Of a stretch of 64,000 nucleotides of DNA, positions 40,216 to 55,054 are shown one piece after another. The DNA is from Centroscyllium fabricii. Lineage: Eukaryota. The stretch's first letter is position 1, and every line of letters begins with the position of its first letter. The notes under the pieces were generated by a model that was given only the letters and a program-made list of their open reading frames with translations, was not told the DNA's origin and searched no databases. The stretch covers positions 239,754,001 to 239,818,000 of the forward strand of contig JBNRSN020000004.1 in NCBI GenBank assembly GCA_051313645.2, read 5' to 3'. The translations under genes and the position numbers were made by a program.

Positions 40216-40927
40216 ACTCGACTTCCGCTCCTTTAAAGTTAACAGCAACTCACATATTGCTTGTTTACCCACTTTTATCAACATCAAATAAGAACTTTTT
40301 GTTTACAGATACGCGGGAAAACCGTATATTCTTGAGTAAATGTAGAGTTATATATTCCAGGTTTAAAGTATGTTTACAGATAAATTACGGTCGTGGAATC
40401 AAAGAAATTATTTTATTTTCACCTCAAGAAAGATCCTTGGGCCCTTGCAAAGCTTCCCCCTTATAGATGTAGGTTCGTACATAAGACGCACCAATCTAGT
40501 AACATAATACCGGAGCTCTACCCATCAGGGTGCATATGGGGGGTTAGAATGTAACACATTTTAAGAAACATACATACGAGCTTAAGATTTTAGTTATCTG
40601 TCATTTCTGTGTCTGAAATGTTAGCACTGCTGTCCTTTTTCTTGGGTGAAATAACGCCGGGGGTCCCTGCTTGATTAGAAGTAAATAGTTAAGGGCACAT
40701 AATGACTTGCACTGAACCTTGGGAAATATACTTAACCTTTAAATACGTTCCCAGAAAAAAAATCCCGCTGCGATCCCAAATGTTCATTTGCACCTTAACT
40801 CAGACCATTGACATCTGAATATTCTGCTCAACCACAGACAATGTAATGAGTTATGAAAGAGCGGAGATAGACGAGTGGAAATTTAGAAAGGGCAATCTGG
40901 GTTGACCAGGTTACTTGTATTTTGTAA

Positions 40928-41218
<291 letters not shown>

Positions 41219-41461
41219 GATTCGCAGCTGAATCTTGAACTATGCTAATATACAAAGTTGTTCTTCAACAACTAACGATGACATTTGACTACCTAACACA
41301 ATAGTGGACTGTTACAGAGATGTTGTGCATTAGCACTCATAATACTACCTATATGTTTAATGACCTCTTCCGAAATCATGCCTTTAGAATTTAAAGTTCT
41401 CTGATTTAGTTTCAGTCAAAAACATTTCAGAATCTTTATGAACATTAGTAAAAAAAAAGTA

Positions 41462-41691
41462 GGAATTGGGTTCAGAATCCCTGCTTTCAGTAATAAAGTG
41501 AAAGCTGATGGATTTAGAACCTTTATCTGCAGTCCGCACAACATCTGGAAAACTTGTTTACCCGAGTTAGATTGAGATTCTCTTTCGCAATAATAAAATG
41601 AAAGGGATTGAAATTCGGAACCCTTGTTCTGTGTTAGTAAATTGAAGGGAATTGGATTCGGATTCTGGGTCTCCCAATAATAGAACGAAAG
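41462..41691 (+). repeat. Degenerate ~41-44 bp tandem repeat in HoxA7 3' UTR
   Basis: Units at 41462, 41564, 41605 and 41648 (plus a partial one at 41505) share a GGAATTGGATTCRGAWYC-like start and a YAATAATAAARTGAAAG-like end. Confidence 0.65.
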
Positions 41692-43794
41692 GAACAATGT
41701 TAGCCGAGGTAACAAAATATAACCATTGTTGTAATTTATGGAATGTAAAACTCACGATACCACTCACTATGTGATATAAGATAGATCTCATGCACTGAGC
41801 TATTTCTCAAACTTATTTTACCTCCGCTAATGTGTCTTCTTCATAGATTTTAAAGTGTTTACTATTGACAGAATAAAATTGCGGTGATAATAGATGCTCA
41901 TTTCCAGTCCAATCAGAAATCAAGTATTTGAGCCATTCTACCATGTATTGCAAAAACTGACAGAAAGCTAACTCGAGGAGTAAAATAATTTATTTCTGTT
42001 CAATTCTTTGTTGTTATTATTTTCTACATTCTTTCTTAATTGTTCTCTGAGTGTGTTCAGAGCTGTACCGTTCGATTAACGGAATGAAGAAGTTCTCTGT
42101 TTTCACATAACAATGAAATACAACTACCTAATCCACAATAGTGGGCATCTTGCACGTCTATGGAAACTACCTAAATGTTTTAATTTAAAATTCGTTTCTA
42201 GACAGAGAGTGTTGTTCTCGGAGTCTTGACTTTTCGCACTTATAACAGTACCATAATATGGGAGTAAAAATGTAAAATATATTCTGATGTATGTTTTTTA
42301 ATGAGGTGCGTATATAGCCACTTTATAATACGAAAATAGTGAAAACTACCTAGATGACGGTTTACGTTTGAGGCGAATGGGATCCTTTCGCATTGTGCTT
42401 AAATGCTATGCTGTAAAAAGCAAAAAAGTCGTATTAGAAGGGAGAAATTGCATTATTACTTTTTGAATGGTGGCATTAAATATATACTTGCTAAAGACTG
42501 CAAAGAAACCATGTATTACTGAATGATGTAACCGTGTTTCTTTAAGTGTGTTGTATCAGTTGTCTTATACATGTGTACTGTTTAAATTATAAAATAAAAA
42601 TATCTAATAACCAAATGTAATAATAGAAAACCCGAACTGCATCGTCGACGGAATATATTGTGGGTCCATATTCGGTGTGGTATCTGTGAATCGAAAGTTT
42701 GCTTTGTAATCTGTGTCTGTGTTGTTAAATAATAACCGATGTTAAAGATTTAAGGTGCAATCTATTTAAAATATATATATTCGGTCCAGACATGTATACT
42801 TTGAATGGAATCTCTGTAGGAGAACAAAAATCAGAAACATTAAACGGTGCTTGAATAAACACGGTCTCGCTTTCTTGTCTGAGCCAAACACGTACCACCA
42901 AATGAGTGGGTACAGGACTTGTAGAAAGACACACGTTACATCAATATTAACAGCAATTAAATATAAACTCTTTCAAAAGTAATACACAATCCTTTATACA
43001 CCGCAGCCCCTTCAGTGTCTCCCAATCTGATGTTTAATATACCAATTGATACATAGTTTTTCCACACTAAATAGGCAAACTTTATACTAATTACAACCGA
43101 ATATAAGAACGATCGATTGTTAAAATTGCGCGATTTTTATTATAATTGACCAGATTAGTGCATGTTTTAAAGCAAAGTAATATCCAAACGTAATACATTC
43201 GAATTGGGACGAAGATGGACAGAGGTTCCCACTAAACAATCTGGATCCGATTCCTAATCGTGCCCATAATTCCATTTGAGAGCAGTTTAAGAGAAGTGGA
43301 AAAGGTGAGAGCATAGTCCAGTGTGGGATTCCGATTCAGTAAAAACATAGACATGAAATGGGGAAAAAAGCCCAGTCCTTCTGTCATCGCCGAACTTTGA
43401 ACGAAATTTCGGCCGGGTGCATCTTTTATATTTTATGTATGCAGTGCGGCACCGTGTCTGGGTGCTGGATTACACAATATGAGCCAGCTTATGTCCATGT
43501 TTAACTACAGCATATTCAAAAAAAAAGAGAATACTGGAAAGAAAATATCGATAGAACAGATGCGATTATACGTAAAACCGACTCGATCCGTTACAATAAC
43601 AGCCTGGGTGCAGAAACAACACTGACTTCTGTTAAAAAAAACCCTGCAAATTGCAACCGGATATTATTATCAGGATAGTGTGACTTCAGAAACTGGAAAT
43701 TCATGTTTAAAACCGTGGAAAAAATCTTTAATAATTTCACAATTTTAACTTGTCTCTTTGTTAAAAATGGCGTCTAGGACCTGCCTCCTAATAG

Positions 43795-43950
43795 TCATGG
43801 GGAAATGTCATAAATCCGTTGTTGTTTTATGAAAATTTACAACTTTGCAATAGAACTTTACGAGTTGTTCGGTTTTTCCATTGGCCGCTGAAAGTCATGT
43901 GGAGTGTAACCGTGAACATGAACTTTTTATAATTTCCCTTGCGACTATAG
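43795..43950 (+). promoter_or_regulatory. H8/7-6 four-cluster conserved sequence
   Basis: GTCATAAATCCGTTGTTGTTTTATGAAAATTTACAACTTTGCAAT...CCATTGGCCGCTG...GTCATGTGG...CGTGAACATGAACTTTTTAT, recognised as the paralogous element upstream of group-6 genes. Confidence 0.75.
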
Positions 43951-45203
43951 AGCTGCATTCTTGTGCTAAGCGCGTCTTGGTTCGGATGTGAGAGCTTGCG
44001 GGCTTTTTTCAACGCATATTTTGTTCTTTTTTCCCCTTTCCAGCGCAGTGATTATTGCCCATGGAGCTTCAATTAATCCAAGCTTTCAGCACAGATCTCA
44101 TGGCTGGCAGCTACAAATTCCTCCACGGAAGGTGGAACATTGGATTAAAAAGCGCCGGTTCTGGTCCGCAGGGCAGTTTCCTGCAAGTCGTCACCAAAGG
44201 CCGCTGGCGGAATGCGAGAGCCACTGGCCTGGGATAGAGCCGAACGGACAGCTGTCAAACTAGCACGGGCTCTGCAAACACTACACACGGCCTGTGCAGA
44301 ACCCGGGGTCGATCAGGCCGGGAAACAGACCCAGCAACAAGGTAAGGCCCACTCGTCATTTTCAGCTTTGCAATACTGCAAACATAAAATTGCCTTTTAA
44401 ACAAATTATTGTAAAATCCGCATTTTAAAGATGTTTAATTTGTCAAAGTTGAAGGATATGATTCAAAAATACTGCCCACCTTCGTAATGTATTAACTCGA
44501 AATGTTGCATTTGTTATGCACTTATTTAAAGTAATTTGACCATTTTCATGGGCAGCTTTCATGCATTAAAATTTTTGAAATATTTGTTTTTTAAAGAGTG
44601 TGAATAATGCTTTGACGTCGTACGTTCTTGTTGCTTTGATCAACAGCCGGCTTGTTGGTTCAAAGTGTTTTGCATAAGGAACAAATGTAAAGAAGCAAAT
44701 CGCATTCTTTGATCGAGTTTTTAAATGTCATACAGCGGAAATCCCGAGCATGTGTCTCATTTTAGTACAGGCGTTTGCAGATTTTTATGGAAGGTGAAAA
44801 AAACACTTATTTCAGTTGCAAGTAAATAATCTGCGGGTTGCAACGATGGCGACGACTATCTTTCACTGAACAAGTGATTATTTTCTTTTGAATCGTCGTT
44901 TTTACAACACACAATTTTCGTTTAAGATGCTATGGATTTTAAAAATATTTTTATTATTTTCTTGGAAAATTATCTGATAGCAATCTAATGCGCGTTGCAC
45001 ATTAAAGGCGGCTAACGTTTACCTCTGAGGCGTTAGCCCGAATTATTTGTGGTTTATTCCTGTGCTGATGCTGTTCAAGAATGAGAAATGTTCAAAGGCA
45101 TCGTATTGCGGGTGTGAGCGTGCAGATTTGTCTGTTATTGTTTTTACTTAACGCGGAGGTTGTCTTTCTGACACCGAGACAGTTAGTCTTGTCTGACTGA
45201 AAA

Positions 45204-45225
45204 TGTGTGTGTGTGTGTGTGTGTG
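45204..45225 (+). repeat. (TG)n microsatellite
   Basis: Perfect TG run of 22 nt. Confidence 0.95.
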
Positions 45226-48200
45226 CGGGGATATTGATATTTGCAAACCTTTTTGGACTCGTTGCTGCCACCGTGTGTTTGGAGTGTGGACAAACTTGCG
45301 TTGATGCTGCATAGCGTCTCCTCTGGTCATGTGTTGCTGATTAAATGGTTGAGTTGCGTTCTCAAATTAACCGTTCCTTGAGTTGCTTTGTGGACTAGGC
45401 CAGTAATCAACATCTTGCTTACATAATACCTGAATGTGCTGAACTCGATTAAAGTGACATTTAGAGCGCGTTTACGTTAAATTAATTGTTTACATTTAAA
45501 ACGGCTGTACGTATGAGCTTTGCACTGCGCTCAGAAAAATGATCACCTCCAGCACTGCGCACTGTGCGCTCCCGATAGTACCAAGAATATGTAAAGTCTT
45601 TGAGTGGAATATGTGTACGTCTGCAATACATCCCCACAATTAGTTATTTGGCCCTCTTTGATCGTTAGTAAATAATTAATATTGAGGCTAAACTTAGAAG
45701 ATAAAATACGAGCGTGTTTATGGTTAGAAATAGAAAATTAGATTTGAGTCAGTTTGTGGTTGTTGATAAAACCGAGAGATATTGAATCCGTTCGCTGTAA
45801 ATTTACGAAGTCTCCTTAATTATATTATTAAACTGTAATAATAATCTATATTCAAGATGTCAAAGAGAGCTTTTCTAGATTTTTTTTACTGGTGTCAGAA
45901 CGAAAGAAACGTGAATTCCAATTTAACGAAGAGTTTGAATTAACCCTGAAGTTTCAAATGTGTAACAGCAAGCTGTGTTGTCAATTAACCGAGAGTCTAC
46001 AGGACAGGCCCGTTCTGTGGTGGTAAAATATTGCAGGCTTATTTTAATCTCTTAAAAATGCAACTATGAATAACCAGAGCCTGCAAATAAAACATTCGAT
46101 CATTTAAACACTTCAAGGATACATTGCGGCTTTGGAAGGTGTTACAGTTACTACAAAGTAATTGAAAGATTTACAATGCTTCCTTGCACTAGTTGTAGTT
46201 TAAAAAGGGACAACTTGTTAACGAGAGATGAACATAGCAATACTTATATTAAGTGCCAGGTGGGTTGCCATCTTGAATCACGGCGTCGCATTTCACAATT
46301 TCACATTGTCTTATTCGGGAGAATGAGGTGAGTGGATTAAATGCGTGTTTAAATGTTACTATTTTGTATAATCTGTATTGGTCAGAAAAGCGACAATGTC
46401 GTTTTAAGTTCACTAATAGCTCCAAACTGGGTCCCAGTTATACCTAATAGGCCAAGAGAGCTAAAAGTTATTTATGACTGGAATTACATCTGCTGTAACT
46501 AATTAGGCTGTATCAGTCCTGATCACCCTAGGAACAAATAAGACTTGGCCAGAAAATCCCCTCGTATTAACGACATGATAAAATCTAATTTACATACTTG
46601 TGCATTTCACAATATTCCAACTTTCTTTGTTTTAACACATAATTTGACTGGCATTCTTTCAACGGTGCGAAAATTCATTACGTTAAATTCTAGATTCACG
46701 TGTTTACAATATATTATTTTATATTATCATTCGGAGGTTTTTGCTATCTGCAAGGAAATACGAATACATCAACGGAAGGAATACATCGCAATGACAATAT
46801 TTTAACCTTTCGCAGTCCATTTCCTAATTAATTGTATGCTACAGTGGAAGGAAAATGAACTGATACTGTACTTTCTGAAAATGCCATGTTAATTTAAAAA
46901 ATGAATTGAAAAATATAGTTTCAAAGTGTATATTACAAATGAAAAAGTAGAATTTGTGCTGCGTTGTTTTCCGTCCAAAAGATACATACAGATCAAGTTA
47001 TTGTTTAATGAATTCTATGGCCTCTTCAGTTGTCATTTGCCCCACTCTGTGTGTTAATACTTTGATTATATTGCTTTGTTTTTATCCAGTTTGCCTGAGA
47101 CATGATGCAGCAGCAGTTGTGAAATGGCTATTGGCTGTTTCACCTAATTCGAAAATACTGTACCTTACACATTGCCCTTTTGTTCATCTTTCAATATCAC
47201 ATTTTACTATCTATAGTTCGCTCATTTACACCACACCAACTTGTGAAGATTACCCGTTATAAGCGTACAGCCATTGTGGGGGCTTCAAAATCAAACCCTT
47301 CGGGTTGTGTAATGAATGTCACGAATAAACGAAAACTTAAAATAATACGTAAAACAACTCATAAACAGAACAGATCAGCGTTGATGAGAAAACTTCGCAT
47401 TTATTAAAATGTTATGTACAATAGGAAGAACAAGCACAAATAAGAAATTACAAAACATAGTAAGAGGCTTAGGACAGTAACTGAGGAAAGCGGCAAGCGT
47501 CGGCCTTTCATTAAGAGGGTTGGAACTGGCGTGTTCTTGCACATTTCCCTCCATAGTTGTGCTGCATTTATACTCACACCTCGAACAGATATAGCTTTTG
47601 ATTTCGGCCAGCTTTCGGTTTGGTAGTTTTTTTAGACAGTCTATAATTAGGAAAGAAAGACAGGTATAAGCTTTTAGGACTGAACATTAACCTACTCGTG
47701 GTATTTTAACAACTTGTAATCAATGAAAGAGCATCCATCCCAAATAGACATTTTTAACATTCAAAAATGTAAAATTATCCGACTACTAAATAACCGCGTT
47801 CATCGTTTCGCCTTAACTTGTAATCATTGTCCTATAATTGGTGTGTTCCTAGTTCGGTTATAGGTGCTGTAGCAATATTTACTACAGTGCTTAAATATTT
47901 GCCCTATTTAAAATATGTAAAATACTCATCATATATATATGTATTGTTTACAGTACCCTCGTTATTTCAGTATATGATGTAACCATTGTTGACAGGAAAG
48001 GAAACCTAACGAGATAATGAGATCTTTAGCAAGGAGCCCTGGGCTTCCGGCCTTTCACTGCGAGCTGATGCCGCGCTCAGGGCGCAGTAACTGCTCTGTT
48101 ATTCCAAAACACAAATGTCTCCATCGAGATGTTCAAAAATGCCTAATTATTCCAAAAGAAACACTCCACTATTTTATGGTCGATAAAACCTCAACAGTGT

Positions 48201-49363
48201 GCAATTATGGAAAATCGAAGTTGGGATTTGGGGATTATTAGCGAATTTCAGTCGCATGCAATTAAAACAACATTCTGATGGAAGGGAGTCCATGTACAGG
48301 CTTATCAAGTATAAAATTGAGTCTCTGTATGTTTGCAGGCCGCTTGGACGTTTGAATAAACCTCGTAAACGTTGGTTAAATACTTTTCTCTAGAGGTACT
48401 GTGGCATTTGTATACTAAATGCACATGTATAAGCATTCATGCTTTAATGAAGAACGCTGGTGCAATAACAATTACTCCCACACACAATTACTGTGAAATC
48501 TTTTAAAGCTGAGTTATCGCGTTGCGTTCTTCTGTTGGGATTTTCTTTCTAAGATTACCAAAATTAAATCTATAAATCATCTTACTGAATATATATTCTT
48601 ATCACCACGTTCTTTCTATTTCTTTTACCAGTATGAATTTACTGACTGCTGAATGCAGGGACTCTTGGTGTTGTGGGTCTCAGTATTTGTGGACGCTATT
48701 GTTCTTTACCGAGTTTAAAATGGACAGAGAAACATATTATGGAGAGAATGATGTCTGATGTTTCTCAACTAGTCTACACACGCTAACACAAGGAATACTG
48801 TGTCTGCAAAAAGAAAAATCTAAATGGAGAGCTGAATTAATAGAATTAATCTATTCTTACAACTGTTGTTTACCTGTCTAAACTACCCTGTGCATCTACC
48901 TATAACGCACATCTACTGAACTAATGAGTTGTTGATTTATTTCTTATTATCGTCCATTTCCTATCATCTATCTTCTAATCACTGTTGATCCAGCTATTGT
49001 TGGATACGTAATGAACAGTCATATTTCCATATGTGGGGCTATATAAAATATGTATGCACAACTATAACCTGCAATCTAATAGTTTTATTATTTGGCAACT
49101 AATATTCTATAAGAACCACCTCTGTTATAGTTCAGAACTGATTTGGTTGTTTCTAACTTTGCTAGCTCAGTCGCCAGATCTCCAGGGAGTTTTTTGAACC
49201 AATGTCGGTTTCTATTGGCCAGAGACTGATCAGCTGGTTATATTTGCTGCTGTCGCTTTGGCGCTCGGCCATCCTGAAACAAACCACCTCGATGACTACT
49301 AATAGCTAAACCACATTGTGTACTAATACATAACAAATCATATTACTACAGAGTGTGGAGCAA

Positions 49364-49793
49364 ATGAGTTCGTATTTTGTGAACCCTACTTTCCCTGTTT
49401 CACTGCCCAGTGGCCAGGACTCCTTCCTCGGACAGATCCCACTCTATACAGCGGGGTATGATGCTCTGAGGCACTTTCCAGCTTCCTATGGGGCAACGAC
49501 CCTCCAGGACAAGAGTTACTCGTCACCTTGTTATTATCAACAATCCAATTCAGTAATAGCTTGCAATCGTGCATCGTATGAGTATGGAGCTTCTTGTTTC
49601 TATCCTGAAAAGGATCTAACCAGTGTTTCGCCATCCAGTAGTGGAAAACATAGAGCCCAGGATGACTTTTTTCCCTCAGACCAACATTACAAAACAGATT
49701 GTGCGCAAAACAAATTTTTAAGTGAAGAAGGAAATGACCGGAAGTACAGTACTCCAATTTATCCTTGGATGCAACGAATGAATTCAAGTTCTA
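49364..49793 (+). CDS. hoxa6: Homeobox protein Hox-A6, exon 1
   Basis: [43 protein letters not shown]...[10 protein letters not shown] is the HoxA6 signature. Donor A|GTGAGT at 49793/49794. Confidence 0.96.
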
Positions 49794-49932
49794 GTGAGTA
49801 TTTTTTTGTAGAAAATAATAAGAAAAAAACTTTAGCTGCAGCACTTAGCTCCAACTTTACGTAAAGAGTGCATGCATATGTTAATTATTACGTTAAATGC
49901 AGCACACTTACTTGAATTGGAATATGGAATAA

Positions 49933-50259
<327 letters not shown>

Positions 50260-51951
50260 GAGCCCGATTTCAAAAGAAGTTAGCCTGGGCCTTTCTGTTT
50301 GGTAGTGAGTTGTTATCTGCTCATTCTGCTAAAGAGTGCAGAGAAAATATTCGTATTTCTGTTTGTTTTCGTTGTCCCTCTTTTTGAGCGTGTGTCTATG
50401 TATAAGTGGTAGAAGAAGTATTCAAATAATTCTGCATTCCACAGGATGATATAATTATACGGCTTAGGATTAATTGTTTTATAAATGCGAAGTGTGAATG
50501 TTTCTGCTTCTATAGTCGTTACTATGTGATGAGTTGCTCCACAAATAATACCCCAGTTGTTTCAATGGATAGTGTTCTTCGTAGATATAATTTGCCATTC
50601 TTCTAATAAATGAATGTAGTAGATATGCCCATTTTCTAATGATAAATATTGTATTGTATATGTCCATATTTTACCTCAATATTTCTTTTTGTTTTTGGCT
50701 AATTAAGAGGACACAGTGTTCAGTCAGCTTGTGCCATGCTTTCTCTACAAAGAAAAACATTTATATTTGCTTTTGACTTGACATTCGTAGAATAAATGAA
50801 GCTAGGCTGGCAACGCTACCGCTCCTAAATTGAAATTTCGCGAATAAAATTTTCTTAAATATATATTAAATATATACAGTAATATATATATAAATAAGCT
50901 GCCCGATTTCTAAGAGTTTAGCCTACAACTAAAGCTGCCGAAACTTTTTTGTATTAAATAAGCTGTGAAAGGAAACTTAGCACTGTGAAATTGATCGGTA
51001 GATGTCCTTGTTTCAGAGAAGAAATAGATAGTATACGTGGTAGGAATGACTATTTGGTTTCTGGGTCCATTAATTACGGCAATTTTCACTAACTGCACAA
51101 CTACAAACATAGCTGGACCCGCGGTTAAATTATGAAGCATTCTTCATAATGGTTATTATAGCAATCCTAGAAACAGTATCGCACACACAGCTCTTGTTTT
51201 GATTAGATGAATGACTATTTGTAAAGTGGGCTGTCTATTGTTAGATACAGTATAGCCTTTCTTCCTAATCGAACCGACACAAAACTGTGTGCAAAGAAAT
51301 TGTTTCCATGTAAATTAGGCACAAGACGACGTTTATTTACCAGTCGGAAAGGGGTTCTGGTTTAGCATGTACTGTGTAATAAAGTAAATTGGAACGATTT
51401 AAACGCATTTTCAATATACGTGACATGATTTTTAAGAACACGAAGATTGGTTTGATAGTTTAAGTGTGCGATAGGTTCGAAATTTCCACAAATACGCGAA
51501 AAACTCCAATATTATGATTTATACGGACAAACCAGAATTTTAAAAAGCGTAACATATAAAAAGAATTGGCATTTTGAGGCTGTACGATACCGTTTCCCCC
51601 TTGAACTAATCAGCGATGATAGCCAAGGCGTATGAAAAGACAGTAAACACATAATAACTAAAATTAAACCTGATTTGTTTAAAATTCAAACAAACCAGTT
51701 ACAGGAATACCTCGCGTCCTATTTGTAACACCATCAGCGCTAGCACGTAAAAAAAAAAATCTGCGCCTGGGGATTGAACAAATGTACCGTTGCCTGGCGT
51801 GGATTTTTTTTTTTGGAAAGATGCCCTTCTCACTGGTTTATGTGGTTTATTCTACGAAATGTAACGGTTACGTTTGAAATGTGTGGTAGCCTTAATTCGA
51901 CCCGAGGCCGATTGCCCCGTTCATCAGAACCACAGGATCCTTAGCCTCAGT

Positions 51952-51969
51952 CTCCAGAGGGTGGCGCGC
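51952..51969 (+). promoter_or_regulatory. Candidate CTCF site between HoxA6 and HoxA5 (C5|6-like)
   Basis: CTCCAGAGGGTGGCGCGC matches the CTCF core, in a CpG-rich patch upstream of HoxA5. Confidence 0.6.
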
Positions 51970-52059
51970 AAGGACAACCCAAAGCTGCTGCTGGGAGCCG
52001 GCGGCGCGCCCCCGCGCGCGTAACCCTGGTTCTTCCTTCCACGCAGCCTTCCAATTTGT

Positions 52060-52287
52060 AGCCACAGTGCACGGATTTACCTCTAGAGGTCATCAGCGAG
52101 AATTTACGACTGGACAACAAAAGCACGTGATTCCAAGTCGTACCCCATATTTGGGCGCCTACGTAGGAGGGAACGAAGTACATGTCCCAGTCATTTCCAT
52201 AATTCATCATAAATTGTGCAGGGTGCTAGACGCACAAACGACCAAGAGCCACAAATCAAGTAAAAAATAAATAAATAAAAAAATCAA
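52060..52287 (+). promoter_or_regulatory. HoxA5 promoter / 5' UTR conserved block
   Basis: TTTACCTCTAGAGGTCATCAG, AAAAGCACGTGATTC, CCCCATATTTGG and CATTTCCATAATTCATCATAAATTGTGCA are typical Hox5 upstream motifs. Confidence 0.75.
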
Positions 52288-52867
52288 ATGAGCTCTTACT
52301 TTGTAAACTCATTCTGCGGTCGCTATCCAAATGGCCCGGACTACCAGTTACATAATTATGGAGATCACAGCTCGGTGAGCGAGCAATACAGGGATTCTGC
52401 AACGATGCATTCCAGCAGGTACGGCTACGGTTACAATGGGATGGATCTCAGCATTAGTCGTCCAGCATCTAACCACTTTAATGCCAGTGAAAGATCTCGA
52501 AGCTACTCTGCAGCAGCAACAACAGCAGCAGCAGCAGGACCAGAAGCAGGAGCAGACACCAGGTACAACCAACCTGCCACATCCACTCAGTCTCCTTCAC
52601 CTGACCCTCTGCCCTGCTCCGCCGTGGTCAGTCCGCCTGCCAGCGACAACCACCACGGAATCAAAAACTCCATAGCAAGCCCAACAACCTCCTCAAATTC
52701 CAGCAGCAGCAGCAGTCACATCAGCAGAGATGGGGTTGGCACGTCGCCTGGTACTGAGGATGACACCCCGGCAAGCAACGACCCTCCAAGTTCACAGAAC
52801 GGGCAAAGCACAGCACAACAGCAGCCTCAGATTTACCCCTGGATGCGAAAACTGCACATAAGTCACG
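52288..52867 (+). CDS. hoxa5: Homeobox protein Hox-A5, exon 1
   Basis: [55 protein letters not shown]...[15 protein letters not shown]. Donor G|GTAAAA at 52867/52868. Confidence 0.97.
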
Positions 52868-53221
52868 GTAAAATCCCTCCTCTGTTATATTTGCATTAAT
52901 GGAGTCCTAAATTACCCTAGATGTTGTAAATCAAAACATTAAATATACACGTTAATGTGTCTTACTATCTCTGTGAGGGTCATCAGTTTTAAGTTGCTAT
53001 TATATTTAGAACCATTTGGGTGATGGGGTATTTAGTGTTTTGTTACGTGTTAGTAATGTAAGAGTAAGTAGGAAATGATAGCTAGAAAAAGGTGTGGTTA
53101 ATTATGGGACAGCTTCGTCCAAGTGGATACTTCAACATTAGTTCGAGTTGAGTTTCTAAAGTCATTTTGTTATTAAGGTATAGGGAGAGCGCAAAGGTTA
53201 GCGTAGACATGCGTGTGCTAG

Positions 53222-53584
<363 letters not shown>

Positions 53585-54260
53585 TCAATACAAGTACTGG
53601 GCAGTAGCTGACCAATTAGCATAATGTCAATACAGTACTGACTTCCAAAACTCTTTTCCCGTGTTACTTCTATGAAGAAACTCATTTCCATGTTGCTGTA
53701 TTCCAATCTTTGAATCGTTAGTCTGTTTTCTGATCGTACTGTTGCCTGTACAAGTAATCTGCTTACAGTATATTGTCTAGGAGTAGGATAGCCTTGTGAA
53801 TTATAGCTGTTTTAACTTATTTATATTAATACAAGCGGTGTTACTTGAAGTAACTGTATAAAATCGTCCAGTAAAAATGTAATTATGTGTTGCACTCTGC
53901 AAAAAAATGTGTATGTATGTGTTAATGTTGCTAAATGTCAAAATAGCTCCAAGCTTGCAATACGTATTTAATTTCAGACCATCGTCCTCTGTAATTGATA
54001 TCGTAGTGTTAAATCACTGAGATGCTACCTATTCTGTGTTATTAGTGAGCAGTGAATTTTGTGAAGGATATTGCGACTTTGAACTGTATGTCTATGCTGT
54101 GCCTTTGTATGACTTTGCACGACCTCCAATAAGTGGCTCTTAGCGCAGCGTCAGTGTATGTTTTTTGTGACAAAGGATAAATATAAAGCCTAAAAGACTG
54201 GCAGTTTAAGAAATTCGTGATGAGCTTTTGTATTTGTTTTTAAAACTGACTGGAAGTTAA

Positions 54261-54266
54261 AATAAA
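54261..54266 (+). terminator. Probable HoxA5 polyadenylation signal
   Basis: AATAAA about 680 nt after the stop codon. Confidence 0.5.
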
Positions 54267-55054
54267 GTTTCTATAGTAACTTTCCTGGACTTTGGCCTCT
54301 CAGATAAGTATTTCTGTTGCGTCTGTTGCCCTGTGAATTAAATTGTTTCTAATACTTCCGTTTATCATCGTTTTAGTCCAAAACTCTCACTGAAAGCAAT
54401 AAGTTTGGCCTAATCTGTACAACTTTGCACCAATCCTTCAGATGGAAATCTAGCAGCTTGGATTTACGACAGGCAATCAAGTTACGCAAACTTATAAAGT
54501 CGGATGTTGAATAAACATATTTCTAAATCTCTGGTTATTGGAAATGATGGAATTCAGTAAGGATTAGTACATGCAATATTTAAACGTGGCGCCATATTGT
54601 AATTTGGTATATTTACGCAATTGGAAATAAATGCGTTCGCCTCTTGCGGTACCAGTCCATGTGCCCTGTCTGTTGCGCACTTCAACACCGTTTGCTAAAC
54701 TACACATCTCCTGCTAAAACCCAATTTCTTTGTTGTTGCTGGTGCTTTTCTTATACAAACCCCCTTTATAGACATGTTTCTCGGAAACTCTATAGTGTTG
54801 GTCTGAGGAAAAAATGAACCCTGAAGCACTTCAACCACTTTGTTCTGCAGGTAGACGTTAGTCACGTTCTCGCAGCTCCTCTACCAAAGTGTAGCGTAAA
54901 CGTTTTCCAACAGGTATTTTTCACTTTATCGAGTTAACTTTACTTACCGCGTGAAGGCAGGACAGAAAATTCGCCTCATAGTTCCTGACAGCAAGGGCGA
55001 TCAGCACTTTTACCCTTTCTGCTTACTGAGTGCTTGCTCTTTAAAGTTATAAAC

